In this document: piece after piece, positions 11,531 to 25,754 of the stretch
How positions within the stretch are numbered: position 1 is the first letter of the stretch
Layout: each line of letters starts with the position of its first letter
Source of the DNA: Felis catus
Lineage: Eukaryota
DNA: 64,000 nt
Assembly (NCBI RefSeq): GCF_018350175.1
Contig: NC_058368.1
Coordinates: 76,820,001 to 76,884,000, forward strand
Direction of reading: 5' to 3'
Notes under the pieces: generated by a model
The model's input: the letters and a program-made list of their open reading frames with translations, nothing else
Database searches by the model: none
What the model was told of the DNA's origin: nothing
Made by a program: the position numbers and the translations under genes

Positions 11531-14500
11531 AGTAGCGAGGTCAGTGGGAGAGGTGGATGTGCCAATGAGGAGCTAGGACACAGACAGAGCCTCGGTGAAG
11601 ACACCCAACCTCTGCTAAAGCCAGGGAAGAGCATGAGACCCTCGAGAGGCAGGGAGTATGAAAAGAGAAAAGCTTATATGATTACATCCCCCACATTCGA
11701 TGTTCAAGGCAAGAATCATGAACCAGCAGATTAGACGAAACTAAGACTAAAGCAGAAGGAAACCCAGGAGAGTAGATTTCATGAAACCAAGGGTAGAAAT
11801 GGTTTAGAGAAGAAGGTGGTGGACCACCTTGTTACATGGCACTGAGAGGTTAGTCCAAGTTGGGAAACGGCACCGACCATTGACTTAGCAACCCGGAGGA
11901 CAGAGAGGGAGGAGTTTGTCTGGAGGGAAACAAAGAAGGACTCAGTTATGGGAAGGGAAAAAAACTGGCATCCGTGCCCAGACTCTGAACGAATAGAAAC
12001 CCAGAGGGATTTTCATGACACGTAACTGATCACACACCTCAGCCCCTGGACAGTGGGGACCCCGGGAGGTACGCTCGCTGTGGACAGATTGGAGTTTTGA
12101 TTGAATTGCTGTGGTGACCGGGTTAGTGTGGACTATGGGGGCGGCAGGCTGGGGGAGGGCCAGTTGAGTTGGGCCTCGATGGCCCGAAGGGGCAGGGGGA
12201 TACAAACCTGTTTTACAGAGCTAAAATGATTACGTGCCTGCTTGAGTTCAGGCGTAAGGGAAAGAAGAGCGATGGCAATGAGTGATGCCCCTCCAGGAGC
12301 TGGGGAGCGCAAAACAGAGCCAGCTTTGTTCCTTTGCTTCGCCTCTCTGCCGGGTTGGGGCGGAAGGCTGAAGTGAGTCTGGGCCCTCTTGAATTTGCAG
12401 CACCGGTGGGGCGGTTAGATGAAGACGTTTCCAGCAGTTTGTATGGAAATCTGAAGGTCTGGAGAAAGACGTCTCAGCTCAAGTCACGTGGTGACTCAAC
12501 AGGACACGTGCTGCCAGCGTGGCCAATGGCTCATCCAGAATGGTGAGGACACAGCCCTGGCTATTTCTAGGCGGTCCGAAGCCTCACCGGGAGGTTCAGT
12601 TTTGCTGCTTAATGGGAAAGGTACCCGTAGGGGAAAGTGATTTCGAATAAGCCAACAGCTCACATTTCTCACTCTTTTCGTCCCCCAAAGCTAGCCAATG
12701 TGTGAAGGAAGCATCTTTATTATGGTCCTTTTTTATTTCTGGCCGTGAGTCTTGAGTTACTAGTGACCGGCAGCCGTTTTCTGGAGCAATGTCAAAGCCA
12801 AAAGTGTTAGCGGCCGACTGTAACGGGTAGAGTGTTGCCAAGACTCATCTATTAGGCAAAGGACAGTGGATCATCGAGTGACGCACTCGTTTCGTATTGC
12901 CAAACTAAGAGCAGCTGGAGAGTTGAAAGACAAACTCAGAGATTTATCAGACGGGGTGTTGTTCACTAGCCTCCACACAGGGGAAAAAAAAATGATTTTT
13001 ATTAAACTGGCCGGTAGCACTTAAGCCTTGGTTCTCACCAACGTGCATCCCCTCCGCCACCTGTACAAGCCCGCTGAGGAAGCTACATGTGTCCAAGCAC
13101 AAGGATGCTTTCTTGGCGTGGATCCCAGAACCTTCCTGCACCACGTGCCTGGTGGGAAGGATGGGGAGTGGCTTCGTTTACACGTTGGGAGGAGTGATGT
13201 GTATGAAAGGGATGAAGTCATTTCTTCACTTGAGCTGTGGGTGAATGCATCGGACAGCTCTTGATGTCTGTCACTTCCGTCTCTGGAAGGTAGCTGTGGA
13301 TTTGGGGGTAAACACAACGCAGTTGGGTGATGAAGGGCGGGTGACCCTGAGGGTACCCCACTTGCCAGCCCCGACTGTGGGGTGAGGTCCTCAAGTGTCA
13401 GGCAATGGAAAAAAGGCAGGTGATACATTACAGATAGCGCGTAGGAGTGAGTCCCCTGATGACTGACGCCAAGGTGAAAAGTCGAAATCCGGGGAGAAAA
13501 CCATAGCCGCCTGCTTGGAAAACAACTTCAGGTGGAAACGGCCACACAGAGGAAAGACACTATTACAAAAACATGTGGAGTTTCTGCAACTATAATAACC
13601 TGTCTTGTATGTTAAAAAAATAAAAACTTCAGGAAGTTACCAAAAAGAACGAAACACATACGGGTAGAGCCACTGCTCAGAATCCACAAGAGCCAACACT
13701 CGCTGCTTTTGATATTTTTTAAGGAACTAATCGAACGTTTCGATAACGTGACCTCTCCCTTCCCTTTTGCATCCCCAGTCGGATTCACAGCCTCTGCAGA
13801 GACGATCGGTTCGGGAATTCGATGTGTGCACTTCCCGCCCGTGTTACAGACGCGCACGCACACGTACGTGTACGACTTGGATGGTGTTGCTTTCCTCAGC
13901 GTACATATATAATATTGCACTGGGCTATGTGATCCCACACCTTGCTGATTTGGGTTCAATAGTATGGGTTGGATATCTCGTCGCAGTGACACACAACCGT
14001 CTTATTTCAATTGTTCTGCACCCGTTTCAACCGCGTTACACGAAAGTACCAACTCCAGGTCCGTCGTTTGAACTGTTGTCCATTCCTTTTCATTCCCTTA
14101 TGTGAATACATTAAAGGTTTTTTCATCCATCCCCAGGGCTGTGGTGAGTACCTTTGTTCGCGTCTCCTTCTGAACGTAAGCCTGAATGTGTATACTCCGC
14201 AGAGCAGAATGTTGTCTCTGAAACTTTAACAGCAATTACCGGTTTGCTCTCTAAAATGATTGGATCCATCCGTCTTCCCAACAAAATGCATCAGTATTTT
14301 GGGGGGCTCTGTGCTCTCTGGAAATTCAAAGGGGTATCCGCTAAACAATAAGCATTGATTAAGCTCCTACTGCAGTTAGTTTACTCAAAGAAAAGTAAAC
14401 CACGGTGCTCGTCTTCCTGGACCTCAAAACATACATGGGTGGAGTGGATATAAACACACAGAAGAGCATCCTGATAAAAAGTGGAGGACAGGTACAGATG

Positions 14501-17500
14501 GGGAGGATTCCCTGGGTGGCCGTCGTCCTCGGGCAAGGCCGGACAGCAGGTGGCACGGACCAGCGCCGGAGTGGAGTTCTCACAGGCTCCGAAACACAGC
14601 TCTGGAATTTCAAGATGCAAATAGGTGGCCTGGGGGCCATGGGCACCCCATAGACACGGTTTCATTGTTTTTGTTTGTTTTTTTGTCTTTGGCCCGCACA
14701 GTTTCATACATATGAGGCAACGTGGAATAATAACTGAGAGCACTCCTATGAAAATTCCTGTTTCTGGGAACTCTGAGCATCGCATTGCCGGCGGTGGGGG
14801 GGCGCCCTAGCAGGCTGGGGGGAGCCGGTGACCGCAGCAAATGGCGTGTGCGCCGTCCCATCCACCAGCATCGGGACTCACAGACGGGACGTTGCACAGG
14901 CGGTCACAGCCCTCCCCATTGATCCTTTAGTCAGTCCTGGGGGCCCTTTCTGACCCGCCAGCAGAAGGATACAGTACAGATGTTATCTGGTCCCAGGCTA
15001 CATAAAAGAAATACCCCACTGGATGCCTTCCACTGGCAGATTTAGTTCCCAAACTGTCAAATGTCACTCAGCCCGCACCTGGCTCCTCGTTCCATCTCTG
15101 CGACCCCCTCTGCTACCGCTCTCTTGGCCTAAGCTCTGTTTATGCCTTCCCTTGTCATTCCAATTTGATGCATGATTCCCCTTCTCTCGTCTGTGACCTC
15201 AGCTCTCCTCCAGCCTCTGGCTTTCATTTCTTTCCTCCGACTCTTTGATAAAACAAACAACCTTCCCGTCAACACCCGTCCCGGGCCGGCCCCCCCCCCC
15301 CGGGACCCAGGCTCCCATCAACGAGGCCTCAGGCAGGAGGCCGAACCCCCTTTGCCGCCCAAGTTTAATGTGTATGACTTTATTCTGCCTTAATTAACTT
15401 ACTTATTTAGTATTCTTGTCTATTTGCAGTCATGTTCTGAAATAAATATTCAGAAGAAACGCGCAAATACGGTAAAACAATCAAAACCAGAAAAAAATAG
15501 TGTGAACGTGAACTAACGAAGAGGGTAAGGAATGATTGTACCATGACACTAAGGCTGACCCGCGTGTATCCCAATGGCACCTTTAACAGTTGTGAGCTTC
15601 GTGGAAACAGTGGCAAAGACCAACAAACAACAACAAAATATAGCTACGAATTAATGCAGGTGATGCGCCTTAACTAGCAAACAAAAGAAGCGTATTTGTC
15701 CATTTGGAGAAATGAGTTTTCCTGCACAAGAAAAACTGAAAGACTTCAGGAAGAAATAGTTTTTTACAACCATGAACCTCTTCTCTGAATATTAAAGATA
15801 AATAAAGCAGACCCTTCGCTCTAAGGGCCATTTCAGCCGTGCAAGAACGGAGCGTTTGGAGGAAATAAAAAAGATGCCTTCCCCTTTACAGCCTGAAACT
15901 GTCGTCCGGCGTGGTGACTATCAGGGAGGCTGGAATGTTCCATCCATGGGAATGAACGCTAATCCTGACCCCTTCTGTGGGCTTTGGCATGATCTAATTT
16001 CACTGAATGCTACTATAACTTGCTAACTTTAATTACCACTTAGCACCTGAAAATTGATACTTTGAAGGCCAGGAGAGCTTCCAAGCTTTCCTCTGAAGCG
16101 ACACTCTTTTTCTTGACAGGTCCATTGTGTGAAATAGACTCATCATGTCATGACTCCTGGACATCAGATTGCTGGGAGCCCAAGCTCATCCCCTCTCAGC
16201 ATGTTCCGGCCTGACAGTTCCCTCACAATGGTTTTGAAATTCCATTATCGCCGGTGACCCCTCTGACCCGCCCTTTGCTGGGCTGACATCTCCCCTCTGC
16301 GGGTGTGGGGGCTACCTTAAACCTTTCCCTTTTGGGGCCTTTCAATCTGTTCTTTTAGAAGCCAAACAAGCGTTGGGAGCCAACGAGCGAGGTACGGAGA
16401 ACATCTTCTTTCAACTTTCTCTAAATTATCCGAGAAGACAGGTCAGCCACCTGGGTCAACGATTCAGCAGGAAGATACAGGTTACAGTCAAAGCGTTTTC
16501 CTCCACCCAGGAACCTGTCAGAACTGGATCGCGAGAGAAAATGCCAGAGTCTCAGTGGCCTCGGGCACAGGCCAACTTGCCAGCATGAACATGGGGCTTC
16601 ATTTGCCGGGCCCCAATTTTTCCATCTGGGCCCGCAGCCTTGGCTGGTAACATCAGCAGAAGCATCGGCCGTGTGGGGAGGCCCCTGGGAGTCCCGGGTG
16701 ATGATGCAGCTTTTCATTGGTGCTCTGCTCTAGCCAGCCTGTCAGGGGGCATGGGGGGGCCACCCGTCAGCCACCTCAGAAAGGGTGACACAGCCAGATC
16801 TGTGAAAAGGGACAGCAGCTAAGTTAACATAAACGAATCAGATCAGGGACAGGGAAGCAGGCAGAGTGGGGGCTCTGACAAGGCCCGCGGTCCCTCAAAC
16901 TCCCGCCTCCGGGGACAGGCGGAATGTGCAAGAATATAGGATGGCAAGTTCACATCCAGCTTGGCTCGAAAAGTTGCAAAGTCACCATTCTGTGCCCCGA
17001 TCTTGATCTTAAAGGTGGCTCCCTGCACTTGCCCTGTATGTCTGTTTCTGAAATAATCACGTTGCCTCCCTGACAGTTTGGGATCCAGGACAAAATATAT
17101 TTGAGACTTAAAAACCATTGATGAATTATTTTTTAAAAATTGCCCTGACAGCTGCTGACATGATTCTCCTCAATCTTCTTTTTTACATGTTGCCTTGGAG
17201 ACACAACAATATGCATTTCAAGCTCCCCTTTCTCTGGGAAACCGGGAAAGGACTTTTGTCACTTCTTATCAAGCTACGATGGCAGATACAAGTAATCCTC
17301 TCATCCCATAGAGGAAACACCTATTCCCTGCAGGTGTGTGGGCAGAATTCACAGGTGCTTCTGGAAATCCAGCCTGGGCACAGGGCTTTATCTCTGCAAA
17401 GCACGGAGCCTTTCACTGAAATCCACCTGCCGGCCACGGTCCAGCCCTTGGCAGCTGCCACGGTTAGGGCATAGCCACAACACGAGATTTTACTGAGGAG

Positions 17501-17804
17501 GGATCACTTTGATAATAATTACTGATTCCATGTCAGGGCGGAAGCCGGTCCTAGAATAATATACGGAGAAACTCATGTTTCTGACTTGGGGCAAACGGGG
17601 CTTTTGAAGCCCAGCATCCAGCTCTCAAGGTGATACCTTCTACAGGCTGCCTGCAGAGACAGAGCCCTGGGAAAGGTAGAGGGATCCGTCCCGTGATGGG
17701 CCACAATGAGCGTGAAGACGCTGGGCACGGGGTGGGCCTTGCACGGATCAAAGCCATGCGTGAGTATTCAGGTCTTCATTTTGCCAACAGACTGAAGAAT
17801 TTAA

Positions 17805-17935
17805 GGGGCACCTGGGTGGCTCAGTCGATTGAGTGTCCCACTTCAGCTCAGGTCATGATCTTGCAGTTTGTGAGTTCGAGCCCCGCGTCAGGTTCCGTGC
17901 TTCAGTAAATAAACATTAAAGAAAATTTTAAAAGA
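17805..17935 (+). mobile_element. Internally deleted SINEC
   Basis: Head joins directly to taaataaacattaaa tail; TSD ACTGAAGAATT(T/C)AA. Confidence 0.9.
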
Positions 17936-19035
17936 ACTGAAGAATTCAAAGGTGGAAAGCAGAAAGTTCAAGAGTCGTAGCGCTTAAGTTTAAGACCAGC
18001 GAGCACTCTGCGTATTTGAGTAAAGGCCAGATTTTCCCTCCAGGTTCTACATACAAACACGGATTTCATGTTTTCCTTCAGAAACCCCCAACATGCAGAA
18101 AATAAGTCTCTGTTTGATTGATTGGCTTTGAGGTTTGTTTTTATTCTTTGGAAGAGGACAGTGGCACGAGCCTCGCTGGGGTTTACTGGGCGGTCAGGTG
18201 GGGGTGCGGGATAGGTGGGGGGGGGGCAGAGGAGCCCAGACAAGCCGGGGAGACAGAACCGGGGCACCCAGCTGAACGGGGAAAGGCAGGAACAGCTTGC
18301 CAAGTTTTTAGGACGTCAGACTTGCTAGAACATAGGAAATATCTGAACAAAGGGAAAAATCAAGGAAGAATGTTCTCACTTATTATATGACGTTTCGTAC
18401 ATACGCAAAGGTAGAAATAGTGTAAGGAGCCCCCAGAGTCAACACAGAGTTTACTAATTATCGAGATTTTGTCATATTTGCTTTCTCTGTCCTTTTTTTT
18501 TTTTCTGTGCTCATGTATTTTATACGAAATCCAGAAGAGCACATTGTCGTACTTTTGAGTCTGACAGGCATGCCGATGCCTTATGGGACAACAATGCCAT
18601 TACGACACCCCACAAAATAAGCAACAGCCTCCTGCGTCATCGACTGCCTCCCTTGTCCATAAACCAGTTTCCCCAACTGTCCCCAAAATGTCCTTTTACA
18701 GTGGGGTGGTTCAAATCAAGACCCAAACAAGGTCACTGCATTACATTTGGCTGTTAGGACTCGTCATCACGGGGTTTTTTGTTTGTTTGCCTGCTTTCTT
18801 CAAATTCTTGACTCGTGTGGAAATCCCATCACTTTGCCTGTAGAAGGCCCCACATTTCGGACGCGTGTTTGCTTCCCGGTGCTGGTTTTTTTATTACAGT
18901 TTTGAGCCTGGATGATTATAAGAATTTTAAAACCACGGGCAGAAATAAGGAAATTTCAAGGAGAATGTTGCAGGACAAAACAGAAGTTCTATTTTGTTTT
19001 GTGCTTTAGAAACTTTATTTTTTTTAAGTAGTTTT

Positions 19036-19270
19036 GGGGCACCTGAGTGGTTCAGTCTGTTAAGCGTGTGACTCTTGATTTCGGCTCAGGTCATGATCTC
19101 GTGGTTTGTAGGTTCGAGCCCCGCGTCGGGCTCTGTGGCGACAGCGAGGAACCTGCTTGGGAAACTCTTCCTCTCTCTCCGCCCCTCCCCTGCTGACGGT
19201 GTCTCTGTCTCCCTCTCTGTCTCTCTCTCTCTCTCTCTCAAAATAAATAAATAAATAAATATTTTTTAAA
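19036..19270 (+). mobile_element. SINEC, older type
   Basis: Head with ctcttgatttc, (CT)n, (TAAA)n; TSD AAG(T/C)AGTTTT. Confidence 0.92.
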
Positions 19271-19329
19271 AAGCAGTTTTAGTTTCAGAGCAAATTTGAG
19301 GGCAAGGTGGAGGGACTTCTACAGCGCGG

Positions 19330-19870
19330 ATAACAGTCCATTAGGAGATGTGTCTTTTGCAAAGGTTTGCTCCCAGTCTGTGCCCTGCCTGTTCACGTTG
19401 CTGACACTGTCCTTCACATAGCAGAACTTTTCCATTTTAGTGTCATCCCCCTTGTCAGTTCTTTCTGTTCCGAATTGTACCCTCGGTTCTGTATCTAAAA
19501 CATCCCGGACAAACCCAAGGTCATCCAGGTTTCCTCCTGTTATCTCTTAGCAGTTCATACTTTTGCATTTTACATTGATGTCTGTGACCCATTCCGAGTC
19601 ATTTTTTTTTAAAAAGGCGTAAGGTCTGTGTCTAGATTCGTTGTCGTGCATGTGAGTGTCCAGCTGTTCCTGTGTTCTTTGGGGAAAGCCTGTCATTTCT
19701 CCACCATATTGTCTTTGCTCCGTCAGCGTGCAGTCGGCTGTACTGTATGGGCTGTGTATTCTGTCCCACTGGCCGTTTCGTCTACTCTTTCCCTGACATC
19801 CGAGCCTCGATTACTGTGGCTCATAGGGAGCCCTAAAGCCGGGTAGGCTCAGCCCCCCAACTTTGTTCTT
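19330..19870 (-). mobile_element. Old L1 fragment (ORF2 3' region, degraded)
   Basis: ttttgcaaaggtttgctcccagtctgtg, aaacccaaggtcat, tttacattgatgtctgtgacccatt, ccaactttgttctt match reverse L1M. Confidence 0.7.
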
Positions 19871-21799
19871 GATCACCGCAACAATGAACACAGACAAATA
19901 AACAGATAAGGACCCTGCCGCATCTCACCCTATCTTAACGCTGTTGCTGTTCTCAGATGGCTCAGCCCCATGAATATCAGAAAGCAAGAGCTGAGCGGGG
20001 CAGGCGCCCCCCCCCCGCCCCGCCCCTTCCAGTTTATTCCCCGCTGTTTGTGCCCAACTTCTTAACATTTTATGAGTTGTTTTGAGGAAAGTCCAACGAA
20101 AACACTCTTGCTTTGAATATGTTAACGTGAATTTGACAAGAAACGGTTAACGCATTATCTTCACAAGCCTCCTTTTTGCCCCGTCCCCAGAGCAAACCTT
20201 TTCATTGAAAAATAAAATTTCTCCAATTTCCAGGGATGCCCATAGTCACGCGGTTTCTGCTGTGCCCTGCGTTGTCGCGCTCCGCGCCCAAGTGTTTCTG
20301 TGCCCTCCCAGGATCCGGGGCCCGGTCTCTGACATTTACTGGGCGTCCTTCCTCAAACTCTCTGTGTCCTAAAGGCCCCTGACGCATGCCGATGTCCTTG
20401 TTACGAATACTCTGACACGGATGTTCAGTGCATTTCCGTAGGGCGACCACGGAGGAGTTCAGAAGCGCGTGACAAGCCCCTTCCTTCCAGTCTTGCTCAT
20501 GTCAGCTCAGTTACCTGCATACAGACAGAGCAGTAAGACCGGCTGGGCCTGTAGCATGTGCTCAGTCCTGTGCCCGGTGCCGAGAGGCGTGGCCTCGAGC
20601 TCTCCGCGGAAGTCTCGCAGGGGTCTGCTATGACAAGAGCAGAAACTGAGGCTGGTGGGCGGGGAGGGGCTCACCTCTGGTCGCAGGGAGCCGTGGTCGA
20701 GCCGGGATCCCCGCCGCCAGTCTGACCGCAAAGCCCCTACGCGTCACCAAACGACGCGTCCAGGCCACGCTGTCATATTGCCACCCGGTGACTTTCCTCC
20801 TCGTAGTTTCTGACTCGGGGACTGGACTGTTGGCCTCTGCTACGTGCATTAGCGGCATCAGTGAAACCTCCCCCCAGAAGCGTCATACTACCTTGGGAAA
20901 AGCAGGCAAACCCATCGTCTCTCTAGAAGAATGTGTGTCCAGTATTCAGATGACCGTATTTCACGATACTTGGTTTCCCTTGATAACTCAGTTTCAGTAT
21001 AATTGTTTTTTTGTTTGTTTGTTTTGGTGTCCTGCGTATTTTATTTTATTTTTAATCGTAAGATATTAACTTATTCTATAATTTTACATCATCCTGTTAT
21101 TTTCAGGTGTATGTCATGGTGATTCGATATTTTTGTCCTCTGTGTATTTTATGTCATGGGTTTTAAAATACTGTTGTGGGTCAGGCTCCTCAGGCTTCAC
21201 CGATTGCTGACGGAGTTCTCGGCTCAAAAATTGCTTAGGAATCCCTCCTTCACTGCCTGTCCTGGACCCAGAACTCATGCCTCCTGGGCTGTGAAGCAAT
21301 CTTCTTGAACACGGGGAACCTAGCTTCCCCTCATGAAGGCGAGTGCCTGTCACAGAGATGAGGCATGGCTTTGCGGCTGGGCTGGCAATCAGTCGGGTGT
21401 CACCTGGGAAGGCGCCCCGCCCGGCCTGAGTCACTGCGCCCAAGGCCGTGGGAACTGACCAGGTAGGGGCACCCACATCCTTTTACAAAGCCCAGACTCC
21501 TGGTGCATTTCTCATTCTGACTTCCGGTTCCCAGACTCCACTGGACTCCCTGGCCTTTGTCCCCATTTCTTATTCTCGACTTTCCTTCCTGCTTTGACTC
21601 CTCTCCTGGAGCCGGACTCCTGGCCACCAGAACTCCTGTTACCTGCTCCTTGATGAAGCCATCTCTCTAGAATGCACCTGTCTGACCAAGCCCACCCAAT
21701 CTGACAGAGAGGGGCGCTAGAATAAAGGCATCCGGCAACCGAAATTTGCATGTGATAATGAGAATGCTTCTATTCACAATGGAAGGAAATGCTAAGTTT

Positions 21800-21970
21800 C
21801 TTTTTTTTTTTTTTTTTTACTTGACCCCTTTTACCCATTTCTCCCACCCCCACCCACGGCCTCTGGCAACCCACCAATCTACCCTTTGTATCTATGAACT
21901 TGTTTTGTTCTTGCTTTATTTCCCATGTAACAGAGATCAGATGGTATTTGCCTTTCTCTGACTTATTTCA
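21800..21970 (-). mobile_element. L1 3' UTR fragment (L1MA/L1_Carn-like)
   Basis: cccatttctcccacccc...cctctggcaacccaccaatct...ctctgacttatttca. Confidence 0.65.
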
Positions 21971-23437
21971 GGAAATGTAAGTTTCAATCAGACGTTAGTG
22001 AAAATAAAGATATAGTTTTTGTTTGGTTTTGTTTTCTTTTTAGGCACAAGCATCCCCAGATAATATCCATAAAACCACCCATGGGCCCAGGTGTCAAACT
22101 CCAGCCGTGGATGATTAGAAAGGTAACTCATGTTTCTGGGATCGCTAATCTAGGGGAAACAGGTTCCCCGCTCTGCTCACGACTCCGTATTTCTCTAGCA
22201 TGGCTACCTCCCTCTCAAGCTTCTTTAAACCCCCTGAGTGAGTGTAGAAGTTCTCCAGGATGGTGTGATGTGCATTTAACAAATTCCTCCGGACGACCAG
22301 GAGATAGTCACCATTCCCTTCCTTTGCTTCAGCCAATTGGAAAACAGGTTCCCACTGCTGCTGAGTGACCCAGCATCCAGCGAGGTCCCCGCCTTGTGAC
22401 TGTCTTCCCCAGGGTGGGGCCGCTGTGACTGCTGTCTGGGGTGGGCCCGCTGGTGCTATTGGCCCCCAGCACGGAAGGTTCTACCGCTGGTCCCGGTGGC
22501 CATCACAGCAGGTGCCAAAGCTGGGAGAGCCTCACGTGGGACCTGAATTGGAGTGAGGCCTTGTGCTCTCACCAGGCAACAGAGATTTCGGTAAAATCGC
22601 TCTTCTAATTTGTACATTGCTTTGATTTTCGTTCCTTGTCCAGGCAGGACTCTGATGGGAGCATGTGAACGCTAGGCCAGGGGACTCCCTGGGGGCAGAG
22701 CGCTCTGGCCTGAATCACCCCTCCCTGGCACCTTGGCACATAGCCTGAATCAAATTGGGGAGCCCTGTGTCTTTCTGGTTTTCCGGAGATCCTTTCCCAG
22801 GGACTCCTCAGCTCCTCACAGACGCAAGCCTCGGGCAGGCCAGCGCCCAGGTCCAGCCCCGTTCTGCTCCCGACCTTTCTGTGCTGCCAAGTTCCATCGG
22901 CAGCCGTGACCGTGCTTGTGTGTTTAGTTCTGTGTCTAAACGGACTGTCGCTAGGGCCTCCGCATCCCACCTGGTGCCCCCTCTCCTTCTCCCCTGTCCC
23001 GGCCACCCATGGAAGCACCGTCTGGAGTGCATCCTGGGGGGTGGAGTCTGGGCACAGGCCTACATCCTATCCCACGCGAGAGCGACAAAGAGCCACCCTG
23101 AAACTGAGCCTCTAGCTGTCTTCGAGAGAACAGCATTGACTGAGTCTGTGGGGGAGGTCTTCGTAACAGAGGGGGATCTTGCGGTTTCTACAAAATAAAC
23201 AAAGCCTTGTCGGTGTTCTCTTCATTGGCTTGTTGTGCTAATAATAGATTAGTCGGAAATGGGGTCAGTTGTAAGTAACCGGTAAAGATTTTGAAGACAA
23301 ACCCTGTGGGGGCTGCTAATTTTCTCTTATGCATTATAATTGCAATTTTTAATGGCTGCCCTAAAATGGCTGAGACTTTTAGTCTTGGGTACGGTTTTTA
23401 AGAAAGTAAATTCTCGTTGAAAAAACTGTTTGGTGTG

Positions 23438-23650
23438 GGGGCGCCTGGGTGGCTCAGTCGGTTAAGGAAGTGTCCGACTTGGGCTCAGGTCATGATCTTA
23501 CGGTTCGTGGGTTCGAGCCCCGGGTCGGGCTCCGGGCTGACAGGTGGGGGCCTGGAGACTGCTTCGGATTCTGTGTCTCCCTCTTGCTCTGCCCCTCCCC
23601 CACTCGTTCTCTCCCTCTCTCTCTCTCTGAAAAATAAATAAACTTGAAAA
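23438..23650 (+). mobile_element. SINEC_Fc-like SINE
   Basis: Full element; partial TSD AAAAAACTGTTT. Confidence 0.92.
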
Positions 23651-23799
23651 AAACTGTTTTGCAATATGTGCAAATGTGGAATCATGACGTTAGATACCCG
23701 AAACTGGTTAAATATTACGTGTCAGTCATACCCCAATTAAAATAAATAAAAACTGTATCTTTACGTACATACAAGCTAACGGTCTTGCCACAGACAGTA

Positions 23800-23950
23800 T
23801 TGTTTTATGCACTTTATTAGCCCTTCGAACCATCACAACGACTCTATGAGATTTTCACTATTAGTTTCCTCGCTTTTACAGATAGGGAAACTGAGGCCAA
23901 GACCGTTAGAAAGCTGTACTCATCGCGAGGCGAGATTTAAAGAAGTATCA
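23800..23950 (-). mobile_element. MIR fragment
   Basis: ttttacagatagggaaactgaggc MIR core. Confidence 0.65.
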
Positions 23951-25523
23951 CCACATGGATCCAAGAACATTCTCGCATTGTTAACTGCTTCAAGACCTTA
24001 ACTTGATGCCCATATGACCTTGAACTCCTTTGGGGAATCGTAAAACTCCTCTTTTAGTGACTTTCAGATTGTGGGCTTTGACCCCTAGGAAGTTGGGGGA
24101 AAACTGTGAAATAAATGTAATGAGTTAGTTTGTTTCTTTTTTTTTTTTTTTGAAGTTTCCAAAATACCAGAAGACATTGCATACCATGGTGGTAAATGTT
24201 GTTTCAGGAAACTCTTGTATCAGTCACATGGTGGGGGGGTGGCGGGGGAGGGTGCGCTAGGTCACAGTGTGGCACAAAACCGGGTTACATTCAAGAGAAC
24301 TTGACCAACGGCGTCTCCAGGGTTTGAGCTCTTGCTGCCTTACGTGGACCCTGAAAACTCTCAACAACGCCCTCATGCAGGTCTGAGCTAAGGTGTCCTG
24401 TCGCCTTGCCTTTGAAGCACGGTGACAGCTACCTTTCGTGGTGAGAACAAAGGACGTATTATCTTCATGGCATGAGTCAAACACAGACCCCAAGACGTGG
24501 AGCTGCACACACCGCGTGATCCACTTAGGAGGATAATCACAGGACAGCTATGGCAACATGGCCGCCTGGCCCTCCTCCCTCGATGGTTCTTCCGGAGCAG
24601 ATCTGCGCGGGCGTTCCGCCCAGAGTAACCTTGACTCTCCTGGCCGTGAGACAGCGGCTGTGTGCGAGCCTCGGTAGGAGTCACTCACCGAGCAACAGCC
24701 CTAACAGGGTCCCCACTCTACACCCTGCCTTGGGCACCCAAGCAAGCCCACCAAGAAGTTTGAAAGGCTCTTGGTGATTGGCCAAACTACCTTCATCCTG
24801 TATCCCTCCTGCTCCTGGCTTAGTCGTCGGCACAGTTGCAGATCATTGCCTGCTTGCTGAATTTGCTTTTGGTGTGTGCAGACCTTTTTTGGAAACACAA
24901 TTTGAACAGAATCGTTTAAAAAATAAAATTAAGAATTGCTTCCAAGACATGCATGCAAAGTGTGTAGGTCTTACACAGCGTGCTTTGGGACTTGATGCGG
25001 AGATCCGAGCTGAGAAATACAGAGCGACCCTCAAGAAGACAAAACTTCTGGCCTCATGAGCTCTATTGTTTCAGCCTGATGTGGCAATCTGACCCTCAGG
25101 CTCATTCTGGACTCAGCAGTTTCCCCGGCTGTGCTGGGTGTGCAGAAGATGGCCTGTCCCCATACCCAACACTTGACGACAATGGCTTCATGATGGGGCG
25201 TTTTTGTTTCCAAGTTAGCATAAAATTCGCAAGTACGAATCATTGGCAGAAAATCTGCAAGGAAACTCCCGGCTCTTATCAGGTTGGGAGACGTGAGAGT
25301 GTTGGACCTCTGGCCATGGCATCACTTTTCTGCTCGACAGCCCTGTCTAGACACGAGATGCTGCTACCCAGACACATTCCGGGGGAGGGCAAAGCCTTTC
25401 CTCGCTTTGTCACATACGCCCGCAAACTCTGTGTGTCTTCATTCTTGTCTCTGTAATAATGACTGCCTGCATTTACTTAGCTAACGTGTGGGTTAATCAT
25501 GCTCTTAGAAAGCTGCAAATCTC

Positions 25524-25754
25524 AGGGTGCCAGGGTGGCTCAGTCGGTTGAGCGACCGACTTCGGCTCAGGTCATGATCTCACGCTCGTGAGTTCAAGCC
25601 CCGCGTCGGGCTCTGTGCTGACAGCTCAGAGCCTGGAGCCTGCTTCAGCTTCTGTGTCTCCCTCTCTCTCTCTCTCTCTCTTTCTCTCTGCCCCTCTCCC
25701 ACTCACCCTGTCTCAAAAATAAATAAAAAAAAAAACATGAAAAAAAAAGAAAGT
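25524..25754 (+). mobile_element. SINEC_Fc-like SINE
   Basis: Full element; TSD AAG(C/A)TGCAAATCT. Confidence 0.92.

Noticed and set aside
21701..21720. Possible CTCF site ctgacagagaggggcgctag
   Set aside because: Only the GGGGCGCTA half matches; the CCASYAG core does not.
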